Shown one piece after another: positions 55,091 to 64,000 of a DNA stretch of 64,000 nt. Origin of the DNA: a virus (lineage: Duplodnaviria; Heunggongvirae; Uroviricota; Caudoviricetes); IMG/VR virus record IMGVR_UViG_3300009594_000001; one strand, 5' to 3'. Within the stretch, counting starts at the first letter, position 1; every line of letters begins with the position of its first letter. The position numbers were made by a program, and so were the translations under genes. The notes under the pieces were generated by a model that made no database searches, was not told the origin of the DNA, and worked only from the letters and a program-made list of their open reading frames with translations.

Positions 55091-55932
55091 AAAAGAACTT
55101 TCGATCTATCGAAATCACTGTTAAGAAACTGCTCAATACTTTTCCAACTGGCGGGCATGTAAGTTCACTCAAGAACTCCATTATTGACGTTGATGTGGTC
55201 CGAGAGTATCAGCCCGGTGACAAGCGGTTGGATAGTCGAGCCAGCCTCCGTACCAACAGCATTATGTCGAGGGTATTCACCCCCGACAAGTCAATGAACG
55301 TGATGTTGGTTTTGGATGTTAGTTGCTCTCAGGCATCTAAGTTCGAGTCGGCTATTCTTGTGTGCCTGTATCTGTGCTATCTGGCAAATCAGTCCAACGA
55401 CCCGGTTGGTCTGACAACTTTTGGCGATAGAGTGTCACTTTCTATCCAGCCGGATGAGGACATTCGGAATGTTACCTCTGTACTAGAACAAATTTACTAT
55501 AGAGGCAATCTATCACCTGGGAGTAACCTGGACGACGCTCTTCGGAGGATTGGCAATCAAGAACCCTCGAATACTCTCACTGTGCTGGTAAGTGATTTCT
55601 GTTTCCCGTTTAGCGATCGTATAGTTGGTCTACTACGTTGTATATCATGCGGCATAAATAACGTGATGATAGCTCCAATTCTTGCAAACTCTCAGGAATG
55701 GTCTTTCGATGTATTGCCATTTCGGGTAGACTTTAAGGATTCGGAAAGCAACGATGCAACTAACTGGAATTTTGGATCGGAGAAGGCACACAAAGGTCAT
55801 CTGGCGGCTTTTGAGAAGTGGCAAACCGATCTAAAGGCCGTCCTGCATCAAGGAAGGGTCGAGCCTATCTTGATGCAGGTAGATAAGCCTGATTTTATGA
55901 TGCCCTTGGTCAAATTTTTCCTGAGAGCGTAA
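55087..55932 (+). CDS. DUF58-domain protein (MoxR partner)
   Basis: VREYQPGDKRLDSRASLRT matches the DUF58 signature (YxxGDxxRxIDWKA). Confidence 0.65.
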   Translation: MKKNFRSIEITVKKLLNTFPTGGHVSSLKNSIIDVDVVREYQPGDKRLDSRASLRTNSIMSRVFTPDKSMNVMLVLDVSCSQASKFESAILVCLYLCYLANQSNDPVGLTTFGDRVSLSIQPDEDIRNVTSVLEQIYYRGNLSPGSNLDDALRRIGNQEPSNTLTVLVSDFCFPFSDRIVGLLRCISCGINNVMIAPILANSQEWSFDVLPFRVDFKDSESNDATNWNFGSEKAHKGHLAAFEKWQTDLKAVLHQGRVEPILMQVDKPDFMMPLVKFFLRA

Positions 55933-55933
55933 C

Positions 55934-57415
55934 ATGGACCTGATTTCTGCTTTCACTCTGTTCTTCGGTATCTTCGCTTGCATAGATCGGCAGCCGGTCT
56001 ATCAGATCGACCATTTTTACTACTACAACGCTGAACACAAGCAGATCGGTTTGCCGTTGCAAGGTGGGGTGTTGGCTCCCAACGGTCCCGGTTTACAAGA
56101 CTTCATTGACGCTGGCAAACACGGCGAGGCGACAGTTAAGAAGCTGGAGAAAAGCCAGTTTGAGGGTGTTGTTTTCGTCTGCGACGACAACCGGAAAATG
56201 CTTGAGTTGCTTAGAAAGTTGAGCGACAAGAAGATAGAAGCGTACCCTATAGTCAAGTTCTCTAACATGCTCTGTGTGCCCAGCGACACGGTTTTGGTGA
56301 AAACGAAGAAGCATGTTACCGAGGCCACGTTGAAGCAACGCCTCAAGCACAACGGCAAACTAGTTGTCGATAAAATCGACAAAGCGGCACCGTACACATA
56401 CCAAATCAAGATCAGCAAGATGTCGTTGCCTCCCAACATTCTTGTCACGGCTAATATGCTCGCAGAGGATACGGCGTGGTTTGAACATGCACGAGCGATG
56501 TTCCGCCCCATATATCAGCCTGTTGTGGCGTGGGTCGTCGTAGAACGACCAGCGAGTTCGACCGTTGGCGAGGAACGCCTTCTGAAGCTTGTAATCGAAG
56601 TACACAAGCCTTCGATCAAGATTCTGAAGGACACCATTCCGAGCCTTGGGCATAATAAATGGATTCCTCAGCCTCAGACGCTCGATGTTTGGTGTGAATT
56701 CGGGAAGCCATCGCCACACAAGGTAGAAGCCACGCAAGACGGCTACATGATCACGATCACGCAGCCGTTTCGCTTTTACTCAATTGTCCCGATCATTATT
56801 CCGCCTGCTGGCTTTGTCTACGAAGACGATGATGGGGAGAAATATATGGCTAACATCCAGGGCTGCAAATATCGAAACTCTAGTCTGCTTGCTGGGACAA
56901 ATATCGATGACATACAGCCAAGACCCCCCATTGGATCACTGCCTTTGTTAGACGCTCCTGAGCCTCTGGTTCCCGAAACCAGCCTGTATGGTTATCGACC
57001 GCTGTTGTTATACGGAATGGCGATGGTCGGGGTTGGGTCGCTGGTGTTGGTGCTTTTGGTGTTGGCAAAGGCCAATCGTTTTCGCATCAACACGCTGTTG
57101 CGTTGGGCCGGAAGTCGAGAGCGTGCCCGTTACTGGAATGAGCTAGAATCGACTGCGTTCCACCTGAATGCTGGCGACAACTGGCGTCTGGCCTACCAAC
57201 AGGTTACGGATGCACTCTCGAATGTGCTGAGCGAGTTTTATGATGTCAAACGGCCATTGTCGGCTTTGGAACACAAAGACACGCTTCTTCAGTCCATCGT
57301 AGGCGAGCTAGAACTGTTCTATAAGTCCGACTATGAGCCGAACGAGGCTGCTGTGGCGGCTCTGGTTGCCAACCTGAACACCTTTGTCAAGGAACGGGTC
57401 AAGTTCAATGTTTGA
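55934..57415 (+). CDS. membrane-anchored hypothetical protein (493 aa) of the Bat-like operon
   Basis: Single TM helix near the C-terminus (LLLYGMAMVGVGSLVLVLLVLA). Confidence 0.45.
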   Translation: MDLISAFTLFFGIFACIDRQPVYQIDHFYYYNAEHKQIGLPLQGGVLAPNGPGLQDFIDAGKHGEATVKKLEKSQFEGVVFVCDDNRKMLELLRKLSDKKIEAYPIVKFSNMLCVPSDTVLVKTKKHVTEATLKQRLKHNGKLVVDKIDKAAPYTYQIKISKMSLPPNILVTANMLAEDTAWFEHARAMFRPIYQPVVAWVVVERPASSTVGEERLLKLVIEVHKPSIKILKDTIPSLGHNKWIPQPQTLDVWCEFGKPSPHKVEATQDGYMITITQPFRFYSIVPIIIPPAGFVYEDDDGEKYMANIQGCKYRNSSLLAGTNIDDIQPRPPIGSLPLLDAPEPLVPETSLYGYRPLLLYGMAMVGVGSLVLVLLVLAKANRFRINTLLRWAGSRERARYWNELESTAFHLNAGDNWRLAYQQVTDALSNVLSEFYDVKRPLSALEHKDTLLQSIVGELELFYKSDYEPNEAAVAALVANLNTFVKERVKFNV

Positions 57416-58481
57416 ACACCCATACTTTTTGGCACTCGGTCTGCTAGCGTTAGCATTTTTATTCTACCGCTGCAACCGGTACTTCTTGACCCATGCCTAT
57501 GTCAAGGCCCTGAAAACTACGCAGGACGCAATTGGCGGGGGAAGTGGGCGTTTTAGATTTCAGAGTTCGATGCTGGCATTGGGGTGGGTGGTCTTGATTA
57601 TTGCCGCTTCGGGTATGTCCTGGGGTTTCACACAACCCGTTAGGAAGCAACAAGTCCACAAATACGTACTGGTAAACGATGGCTCTGGTTCTATGGTGGA
57701 TGGGAACAAACTACAAGGGAGGGGGAAGCAACTAGATACTGTTCACAAAGGAAACCAAGCGTTTCTCAACATGCTCGCCCAGAGAGATGACGGGAGCAAG
57801 GATGTGGTGGGAGCGGTGGTGTTTTCCAATGATGCCTACATTGTCTCTTACTTAGTTGATGATCCCGCCTTTGTTGAAAAAAAGTTGAGCTTCATCGACT
57901 ATAGGCTGCCTCCCCTTGCAGGAGGCACGCTGTCGGATAGGTCTTTGTGGTGTGCCGTGGAAATGCTGATGCGTGATGGTAAGAAAGCGTCGGATGAAGA
58001 CATGCTCGCAATGCAGTTGACTATGTACGGTCCAGAGGAGAAATACAAGCGAACGGAGAAGATGGAAGAGCTTGTTAAGAAGTACCAGCCAATTGTAGAA
58101 GGCGGCAATATCGTTATCTTTACCGATGGGATATTCCAACCCTGGGGCAACGCCCAGATGATGTCCACTTTCAAATTGCTCGATCTGTGTAAGGATTTGC
58201 GTATTAAGGTCTACCTAATTTCGGTCGAGACGATAGACCCGCTGTTGTTCGCAAGCATGAAAGAGACCGGAGGGTTTGCTATACTCTTGCGTGGCTTTGA
58301 TGCCAAGGTGTTTGAGCAGACCTACACAGATATAGTGAGAAGCAACGCTCAAGAGGAAATCGTTGTAGACCAGCCCATCAGGAAACCGTTGTCTCCGATC
58401 TTGGCCCCAATAGCTTTTGCTCTTATTGCTGCGGGTTTGCTGTTGAGGCTGACATTTAATCGAAACTACACAGAGGTCTAA
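57384..58481 (+). CDS. vWA-domain membrane protein (BatA-like)
   Basis: N-terminal and C-terminal TM helices; MIDAS motif YVLVNDGSGSM. Confidence 0.65.
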   Translation: MSRNGSSSMFEHPYFLALGLLALAFLFYRCNRYFLTHAYVKALKTTQDAIGGGSGRFRFQSSMLALGWVVLIIAASGMSWGFTQPVRKQQVHKYVLVNDGSGSMVDGNKLQGRGKQLDTVHKGNQAFLNMLAQRDDGSKDVVGAVVFSNDAYIVSYLVDDPAFVEKKLSFIDYRLPPLAGGTLSDRSLWCAVEMLMRDGKKASDEDMLAMQLTMYGPEEKYKRTEKMEELVKKYQPIVEGGNIVIFTDGIFQPWGNAQMMSTFKLLDLCKDLRIKVYLISVETIDPLLFASMKETGGFAILLRGFDAKVFEQTYTDIVRSNAQEEIVVDQPIRKPLSPILAPIAFALIAAGLLLRLTFNRNYTEV

Positions 58482-58482
58482 C

Positions 58483-59292
58483 ATGAAAAAGCTACTACTC
58501 CTCGTCCTGGTTACACTCGCTGGCGGAAGCTATATGATGTTCTATAGCAAGGCCCAGGATTACGAACGCCAGCAGAAGGAAACAGAGTGCCAAGCACAAA
58601 TCAAGAAAGTCGATGCCGTAAATGCGTTCATTAAGAGCATTAACGAGGCGAAGACAGTCGCTCAATTAGAAAGCTTGGAAGCAGAGTTGGCTCATTGGCT
58701 TGATCCAGACGGAGATGCCCACAAAAAAGTTAGGTCCACGATTTTGCTCAAAAAGGCCAGGGTATCTTTTGATGAGGCCGAGGAGCTTCTACAACAAGCA
58801 ATCAGCTTGCAGCAGGCATTGAATTTACCACCGTTGCCTCCACCGTTGCCTCCACCACAGTCGGAGCTAGCGGACCCGCATAATCACTATAATTCCGCAC
58901 CGCCGTCCAGACCGGAACTGTCGATTCATCCAGCGGCTCAGGAGGCTTTAATCAAAGCCGACAAGCTGTACGTGGACAGCAAAAAATATCTGGATAAGCT
59001 CAGCGACATTCCAGGTGATACGAGCTATAACTTCTCGCTTAATTACCTCAAGGGAGAGGTATATTATCGTCACACGATGTTTCGTTCGTCGTCCGAAACT
59101 GTTCAGGACTTGTTCACACAGACTGCCACGTACTACAAGAAAGCTCTGTCGTACAAGCCCGGAGACGTTGATACCACTGTCAACATCGAACTGCTTCTTA
59201 AACAGCAGCAGGGCATGATGGGCGAGGCAGGACAATCTCAGCCTCAACGGATGTTGAACCAAATGGGCATGGGCAAGTCCAAAGGCAACTGA
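58483..59292 (+). CDS. secreted helical/TPR-like protein (BatC-like)
   Basis: Signal peptide MKKLLLLVLVTLAGG; proline-rich PPLPPPLPPP linker; helical repeats. Confidence 0.4.
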   Translation: MKKLLLLVLVTLAGGSYMMFYSKAQDYERQQKETECQAQIKKVDAVNAFIKSINEAKTVAQLESLEAELAHWLDPDGDAHKKVRSTILLKKARVSFDEAEELLQQAISLQQALNLPPLPPPLPPPQSELADPHNHYNSAPPSRPELSIHPAAQEALIKADKLYVDSKKYLDKLSDIPGDTSYNFSLNYLKGEVYYRHTMFRSSSETVQDLFTQTATYYKKALSYKPGDVDTTVNIELLLKQQQGMMGEAGQSQPQRMLNQMGMGKSKGN

Positions 59293-59293
59293 T

Positions 59294-60334
59294 ATGTTCG
59301 AGAACCCCTTATTTCTCTGGGCACTCCTGTTTGTGCCCCTGGTAGTAATACTGCTGGTGTATTCGTGGCGTTGCTTCAAGAAATTCGAGCAATCGCCACG
59401 AATTGCCTCTTTTCTATACGCAAGTAGGCGTCCTGGCTGGGCAGCCCGTAGGGTTATTGCTGTCGTTTGGTTGGTTTCTCTGTCTCTGTTGATTCTTGGT
59501 CTTGCTCAGCCGTATGTAGATGTCCCGACTTCAGAGAAAAAGCACAAGAACGTCAGGATATTCTTCGTCGTGGATGTCTCTAGATCGATGGTCTATGCCG
59601 AGGATATCAAGCCCAATAGAATGGTTGCGGCACGGTCTGAGTTGGTAGAACTCTACAAGCAATTGGATGGGCATTATGAGTGCAGCATCATTCCTTTTGC
59701 TGGTTCGCCGAACGTCTATTACTGCCCCCTGACGTACAGTAAGCGAGTTATTCTGCCGCTCCTTGAAGACCTGGGGCCGGACACGGCACCAGAATATGGC
59801 ACTGATTTGGTTAAGGCTGTGTCGGCTCTTCAAAACATTCTCAAGCAAGAAAAGCTAGATCAAGACGGTATCAACCTCATCATTCTCGTCAGCGACGGCG
59901 GCAAGGAGGAGGCAGAGGCGACGAACAGGGTAAGACTACATGCGTTGGTCCAAAGCATGGCCTCGAAGAACTGTAAGTTCTTCACGGTTGGTGTTGGTGG
60001 TCGTGATCCCTGTGAGCTAATCAAACGGTACGGCGATGGCTCGTTCGATGATTTTTTGAAGGAAGACGGCAAGATACAGGTCTCTCATTTGGATGAGGAG
60101 ATTTTGCAGGCAGTGGCAGATCAAGGCAACGGCAAATATTGTCATTTTCATCAGAAAGATCAGATGCGGGGCTTTGTAAACGAAGCGATACAGCGAAACC
60201 GCATAGAAGAGGGAGCCATTGTCGTCACAAAAAGGGTCTACCTGGAGTATTATTTGTACGCCCTCTGTGCTATACTTCTGTGGTTCGGTTTCATAGCCAA
60301 CAAAACATATGCATCAGAGACCAGAAGTAAGTGA
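59294..60334 (+). CDS. vWA-domain membrane protein (BatB-like)
   Basis: N-terminal TM helices; MIDAS motif IFFVVDVSRSM; C-terminal TM. Confidence 0.65.
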   Translation: MFENPLFLWALLFVPLVVILLVYSWRCFKKFEQSPRIASFLYASRRPGWAARRVIAVVWLVSLSLLILGLAQPYVDVPTSEKKHKNVRIFFVVDVSRSMVYAEDIKPNRMVAARSELVELYKQLDGHYECSIIPFAGSPNVYYCPLTYSKRVILPLLEDLGPDTAPEYGTDLVKAVSALQNILKQEKLDQDGINLIILVSDGGKEEAEATNRVRLHALVQSMASKNCKFFTVGVGGRDPCELIKRYGDGSFDDFLKEDGKIQVSHLDEEILQAVADQGNGKYCHFHQKDQMRGFVNEAIQRNRIEEGAIVVTKRVYLEYYLYALCAILLWFGFIANKTYASETRSK

Positions 60335-60496
60335 TGAGGAAATTCAATTCCTCGTCTACAGGTATGTGATGGGCGAACTTACCGACGTGCAGTTTAATTA
60401 CTATGTCCAGGTCTGGCAATTGGATCGGGAATACGTTAATCTTCTGCTCAGCGATGCTAGACGAGCCAAGGAGATTTTCGACCATGTTCCTTTTGG

Positions 60497-60931
60497 GTGC
60501 CTTTGGTTTTTGATGGCTGTGGTCATTGTGTTGATAATCATAATGTTGAATTTTCTACTATAATGAGTGACCATTACGACGAAGCTGAGCTTTTTGTCTG
60601 CGATTGCAGCGATGTAGCTCACCAACTTGTTTTCCAACTCTGGGACTTTAGCAAGAACGGCGAGGAGCTTTGGAGACCGGCAAAGGAAAACGTAAATTTG
60701 ACAGTTTGCGTTTACCTGAACCAGTATCACGGCTTCTGGGCACGTCTCTGGATGGCGGTCAAGTACGTGTTTGACTACCGAAGTAAGTACGGCGAGTTTG
60801 ACGTGGTGAACATCCGGGCCGAGGATGTGCCAAGAATGAAGGCAATTCTTGACAAGTTCGCTTCTAGGGTCCAGTATTATCAGGGAGAGTTAGACGCCCT
60901 GGATTCCAAGCGGAACTTGGTCCAAGAGTAA
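60497..60931 (+). CDS. hypothetical protein (144 aa)
   Basis: ORF. Confidence 0.4.
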   Translation: MPLVFDGCGHCVDNHNVEFSTIMSDHYDEAELFVCDCSDVAHQLVFQLWDFSKNGEELWRPAKENVNLTVCVYLNQYHGFWARLWMAVKYVFDYRSKYGEFDVVNIRAEDVPRMKAILDKFASRVQYYQGELDALDSKRNLVQE

Positions 60932-61329
60932 CGCCGTTCCTCAGCGAGACAACGAACAGCGAACCTCAACACGCCTACCAATACGGCATCCCAACGGTCG
61001 ATTTCTACTTGGGTCATAATATCTCTGGCGGGCAAACCGTGGCCCTCGTAGTACCGCCTGCACCTGCTGATCCAGGGCTGTTCAGCGATCTCGCAGAATA
61101 GAAAATCCATTACGCTCCGGTAGGAGTCCATCTTCTTCCGGGTAGAGACGTACTTCAATGCCAGAAGCGTGTCGGTGTCTTCCAGGGCCGTTTCTGCCAA
61201 GGGAAAGATCGTGGTCAAATACTCGCTCTCGCAGCGGATTGACAGTTCAGGACGGATTGAGCAGGCCAGTTGCATGAGTACCTCCTTGCTGTGGGCTAAA
61301 AGCAAGTATCGTGCCAAGCGAGGAAACAC
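60880..61329 (-). CDS. hypothetical protein (149 aa)
   Basis: ORF on the minus strand. Confidence 0.35.
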   Translation of the reverse strand: MFPRLARYLLLAHSKEVLMQLACSIRPELSIRCESEYLTTIFPLAETALEDTDTLLALKYVSTRKKMDSYRSVMDFLFCEIAEQPWISRCRRYYEGHGLPARDIMTQVEIDRWDAVLVGVLRFAVRCLAEERRYSWTKFRLESRASNSP

Positions 61330-61527
61330 CCAGGGGCCGGTGCCGGAAGAGGCTTGTCGTAACTGGAGTTACGGAAAACGGAACTAGGTTGGCCTTCCAC
61401 AAGATTGTTTGTGCGGTCAACAAAATCGATTGTGGAGTCGAACGATACCGATCATGGCGTCGGGCGAATGTCGTCAAAAGGCGGCGACCGTCGCCGTAAG
61501 GTGACGCCAAAAGGCGTCGGAGGGGTA

Positions 61528-61830
61528 ATGGAGTACCGTATGTTTGCACGGAGGGTGCTGGATCGGCCTCTCCGGGTTGCCATCCTCGATCACCGAGGGC
61601 TGCGTTTTGTCGCCAAAGTCCTCAACACTAGCGAAGGCGGGTTGGGGCTTCTTTGCGATCAGGCTTTTGAGATTGGCTCGGTGCTGCAAGTCATTACTGG
61701 GTCGCTTTGGTGTGACACAAAAGTTCGGCATTGCACTAGAACAGGAAATGAATACACTGTTGGTGTGGAGTACACAGACGCTCACAAGGGCAAAGCGATC
61801 ACCAACAGTCTGAATAGAGGTCATTTATGA
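61528..61830 (+). CDS. PilZ-domain protein
   Basis: RRVLDRPLRV (RxxxR) and NTSEGGLGL (D/NxSxxG) c-di-GMP-binding motifs; an alternative TTG start at 61405 exists. Confidence 0.5.
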   Translation: MEYRMFARRVLDRPLRVAILDHRGLRFVAKVLNTSEGGLGLLCDQAFEIGSVLQVITGSLWCDTKVRHCTRTGNEYTVGVEYTDAHKGKAITNSLNRGHL

Positions 61831-62291
61831 GTGTACTAGAAACGATTCAGTTCCGAATCACCGCAGCGATGAAGTCGGGCAACGACACAGAGAAGAATCT
61901 TTTTCGAGTCGTTCTCGGCGAGGCACAGATGGCCGCTGTCCGCAAGGGAAAGGACAAGCCGGACGACGAAACCATGATCGCTACCATTCGCAAGGTTATC
62001 AACGGTCTGAATGAGAACATTGTTCTGGTCAAAGGGTCGGCCACAGGCGGCTCAACCGTGCAGCAGGAAACCGAGCTAGCTCTGCTGGCACCGTTCCTGC
62101 CCGCTACCTGGGACCAGCCGCAGATCGAGGCATTCTTCCTCAATGGCGATAACCTGGTTTTTGAACAAATTCGTGACGCCAAGAGCGAGGGAGCGGCGAT
62201 GGGCCTTGCTATGAAGACGCTCAAAGGCGAATCGGCACCGGTCAACGCCGACGACGTGAAGGCTGTTGTCACCAAGATTCGTACATCCTGA
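61827..62291 (+). CDS. GatB/YqeY-domain protein
   Basis: 154 aa with the YqeY pattern (AMKSGNDTEKNLFRVVLGE...ETELALLAPFLP...AAMGLAMKTLKG). Confidence 0.7.
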   Translation: MSVLETIQFRITAAMKSGNDTEKNLFRVVLGEAQMAAVRKGKDKPDDETMIATIRKVINGLNENIVLVKGSATGGSTVQQETELALLAPFLPATWDQPQIEAFFLNGDNLVFEQIRDAKSEGAAMGLAMKTLKGESAPVNADDVKAVVTKIRTS

Positions 62292-62313
62292 AAACATAAG
62301 TTGGCAGAAAAAG

Positions 62314-62345
62314 TCACGCTTTCAGCGTGGCCTTTTCTATTTTAG
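62314..62345 (+). terminator. rho-independent terminator
   Basis: cacgct-ttc-agcgtg followed by gccttttctatttt. Confidence 0.55.
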
Positions 62346-62348
62346 GGC

Positions 62349-62612
62349 ATGAAGCCAGTTCTATCTCATACACGCCATATTGCGAAGGCCATTTCTTACC
62401 GTATTCTCGGCACCATCGCAACTATATTGATCGGCTGGGTAGTAACCGACAGTATAGAAGTCGGGACTTCTCTTGGAATCCTCGACATTACTGTTAAGAC
62501 TTTCCTCTATTACCTTCATGAACGGGTCTGGTATAGAATCCCGTTTGGAGTAAATAGAGATGATAATATGCATCCAACCAGTGGAACAGTGGACGGGAGC
62601 GACCGATCTTGA
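62349..62612 (+). CDS. DUF2061-like small membrane protein
   Basis: AISYRILGTIATILIGWVVTDS...TFLYYLHERVWYRIPFG. Confidence 0.45.
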   Translation: MKPVLSHTRHIAKAISYRILGTIATILIGWVVTDSIEVGTSLGILDITVKTFLYYLHERVWYRIPFGVNRDDNMHPTSGTVDGSDRS

Positions 62613-62775
62613 CAAAGCGACATACCTCGAAATTCTTGATGGTGTGGACCCAGATCAAGAGGCCAATAGCTTCTACTACGGCGAAAACCACTTGCTACTT
62701 ATTGAGCATTTCATTAAACTAGGGGCCAAGGTAGTAGAGAACCCGATCAAGACCTACTTTGTATAGGAGAGGGTC

Positions 62776-63237
62776 ATGTCGATCTTCGAGAGGGAATCCA
62801 AGAAGGATTTCGATTTCGAGAAGGACATCCTGGGGCTTCAAATGGTGAGGCCCTATAAGCACGAGGGTCGCTGGGTTTTCGATGACCAAGAAGGACTTCG
62901 CCGGGATATCGCACCCGCTGGTGCTACTGTAGCGACTCTCTCTCCAATTGTGGTCGGGGCCGACCGCTTAATTATGGAGGGAACCAGGAGGAAGGGAATC
63001 GAAAATCCAGAAAGTGGATTTCGTCTCTACTTCTCAGATAAGGCGTTTCCTGATGCCGATGTAGAGTTCCGCTGGGAGCGGGAATGCTATGACGGGCATA
63101 TCTACAACGTTTTACCATGCGGAGATAAAATTGCCATTCCCTCCGACCAACAGGCTTGGATTTGTCCTTACCTGATGTTATACTACAAACAACCGCCGAA
63201 GATTCTATTTCTGAAGATCGAGGCTGATGGGAGATAA
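62776..63237 (+). CDS. hypothetical protein (153 aa)
   Basis: ORF with RBS aggagag. Confidence 0.45.
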   Translation: MSIFERESKKDFDFEKDILGLQMVRPYKHEGRWVFDDQEGLRRDIAPAGATVATLSPIVVGADRLIMEGTRRKGIENPESGFRLYFSDKAFPDADVEFRWERECYDGHIYNVLPCGDKIAIPSDQQAWICPYLMLYYKQPPKILFLKIEADGR

Positions 63238-63239
63238 CA

Positions 63240-63695
63240 ATGAACCAGAAGGTTAAGTGGTTGGTTCTATGTCTAGTTGCTATCGCCTGTAGCTCAGTGG
63301 CGAGCTACAAGATCGGCTACGAACAAGGCGATAGGGACTGCCGCCAACAACTGATTACGATGCTGGATGGCTTGAGAATGCAGTGTTGGGAGGACTTGGG
63401 CGAAGCCAAGGCTCAATGGAAAGAGATCGAGGTCGTCGAACTGAAAAAGGGCTTGCCGGATTGGGTTGAGTTCGACCGGATGAAGGGGCGACTGGAAGAA
63501 GTTGGTGCCTATGGCATTGAGGGGAAAATCTATACGAAGGAAAATAAGCGTGTGGTTTTCCGCAAGAAACTGGAGTGGGGTAATCCACCAGAAAACTATC
63601 GGGAGTTACTGGACGCCGACAGGAAAGAGATACAAAAACTGGAGGAAGAAGGTAACTATGTTATAGTGATCGGCTCAAAGGTGCCGATCCCATAA
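63240..63695 (+). CDS. secreted hypothetical protein (151 aa)
   Basis: Signal peptide MNQKVKWLVLCLVAIACSSVAS. Confidence 0.45.
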   Translation: MNQKVKWLVLCLVAIACSSVASYKIGYEQGDRDCRQQLITMLDGLRMQCWEDLGEAKAQWKEIEVVELKKGLPDWVEFDRMKGRLEEVGAYGIEGKIYTKENKRVVFRKKLEWGNPPENYRELLDADRKEIQKLEEEGNYVIVIGSKVPIP

Positions 63696-63708
63696 CATCT
63701 AGCTCCCG

Positions 63709-63798
63709 GCTCCGGTCGGTTAATGGTAAGCCCCACGACTTATAATCGTGTCAGTCCCAGATAAGGACGAAATGTGGGTTCGATTCCCACCCGGAGCA
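63709..63798 (+). tRNA. type-II-like tRNA with anticodon TAT (long variable arm)
   Basis: Acceptor gctccgg/ccggagc; AC cacga-ctTATaa-tcgtg; ~21-nt variable arm with stem gtcc/ggac; T gtggg-ttcgatt-cccac. Confidence 0.5.
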
Positions 63799-64000
63799 TA
63801 TGCTAAAACAATGTACGAAGTGCAGCACAGAATTAACGGAGACTAACGGATACCGCAGAGGAGTTACCTTCTGCAAACGATGTCGCAGTAGGCAACATTC
63901 AGATAGATTGAGAAGTATGAAGCTGAAGTGCATCGAGTACAAGGGCAGGAAGTGTGAATTCTGTGGATACAGTCGGTTCTATGGTGCGTTGGAATTCCAA

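Noticed and set aside
1-64000. CRISPR arrays
   Set aside because: No run of three or more regularly spaced direct repeats of 24-40 nt was seen anywhere in the window.

Overview
The window is densely coded and almost entirely on the + strand; a glycosyltransferase/sulfotransferase module and a few small genes lie on the - strand. It reads like part of a very large phage or prophage genome. It carries NAD-dependent DNA ligase, translation initiation factor IF-1, thioredoxin, two sigma-70-family sigma factors and GatB/YqeY. By-eye cloverleaf folding finds 43 tRNA genes plus a dozen aberrant tRNA-like elements, in clusters at 22.1-24.5, 27.9-29.2, 42.4-49.8 and 63.7 kb. HNH and LAGLIDADG homing endonuclease genes, a full-length intein, and an IS607-like tnpA/tnpB element are interspersed. 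The most notable cargo, annotated from sequence motifs only: (i) a Ro60-like gene (TROVE plus vWA domains) with tRNA-like RNAs nearby that lack anticodon arms; (ii) a complete MoxR AAA+ / DUF58 / vWA / TPR / vWA (Bat-like) operon whose ATPase P-loop is interrupted by a LAGLIDADG intein; (iii) an IS607-like TnpA split by a LAGLIDADG endonuclease ORF, followed by TnpB; (iv) non-canonical tRNAs, including type-II-like scaffolds with anticodons GTT, TTT and TAT and a 277-nt element with tRNA ends; (v) three decayed metabolic genes (pyrC, dTDP-glucose dehydratase, a metallophosphatase). tRNA coordinates are approximate (about +/-3 nt) and should be confirmed with tRNAscan-SE or ARAGORN. No CRISPR array was seen.
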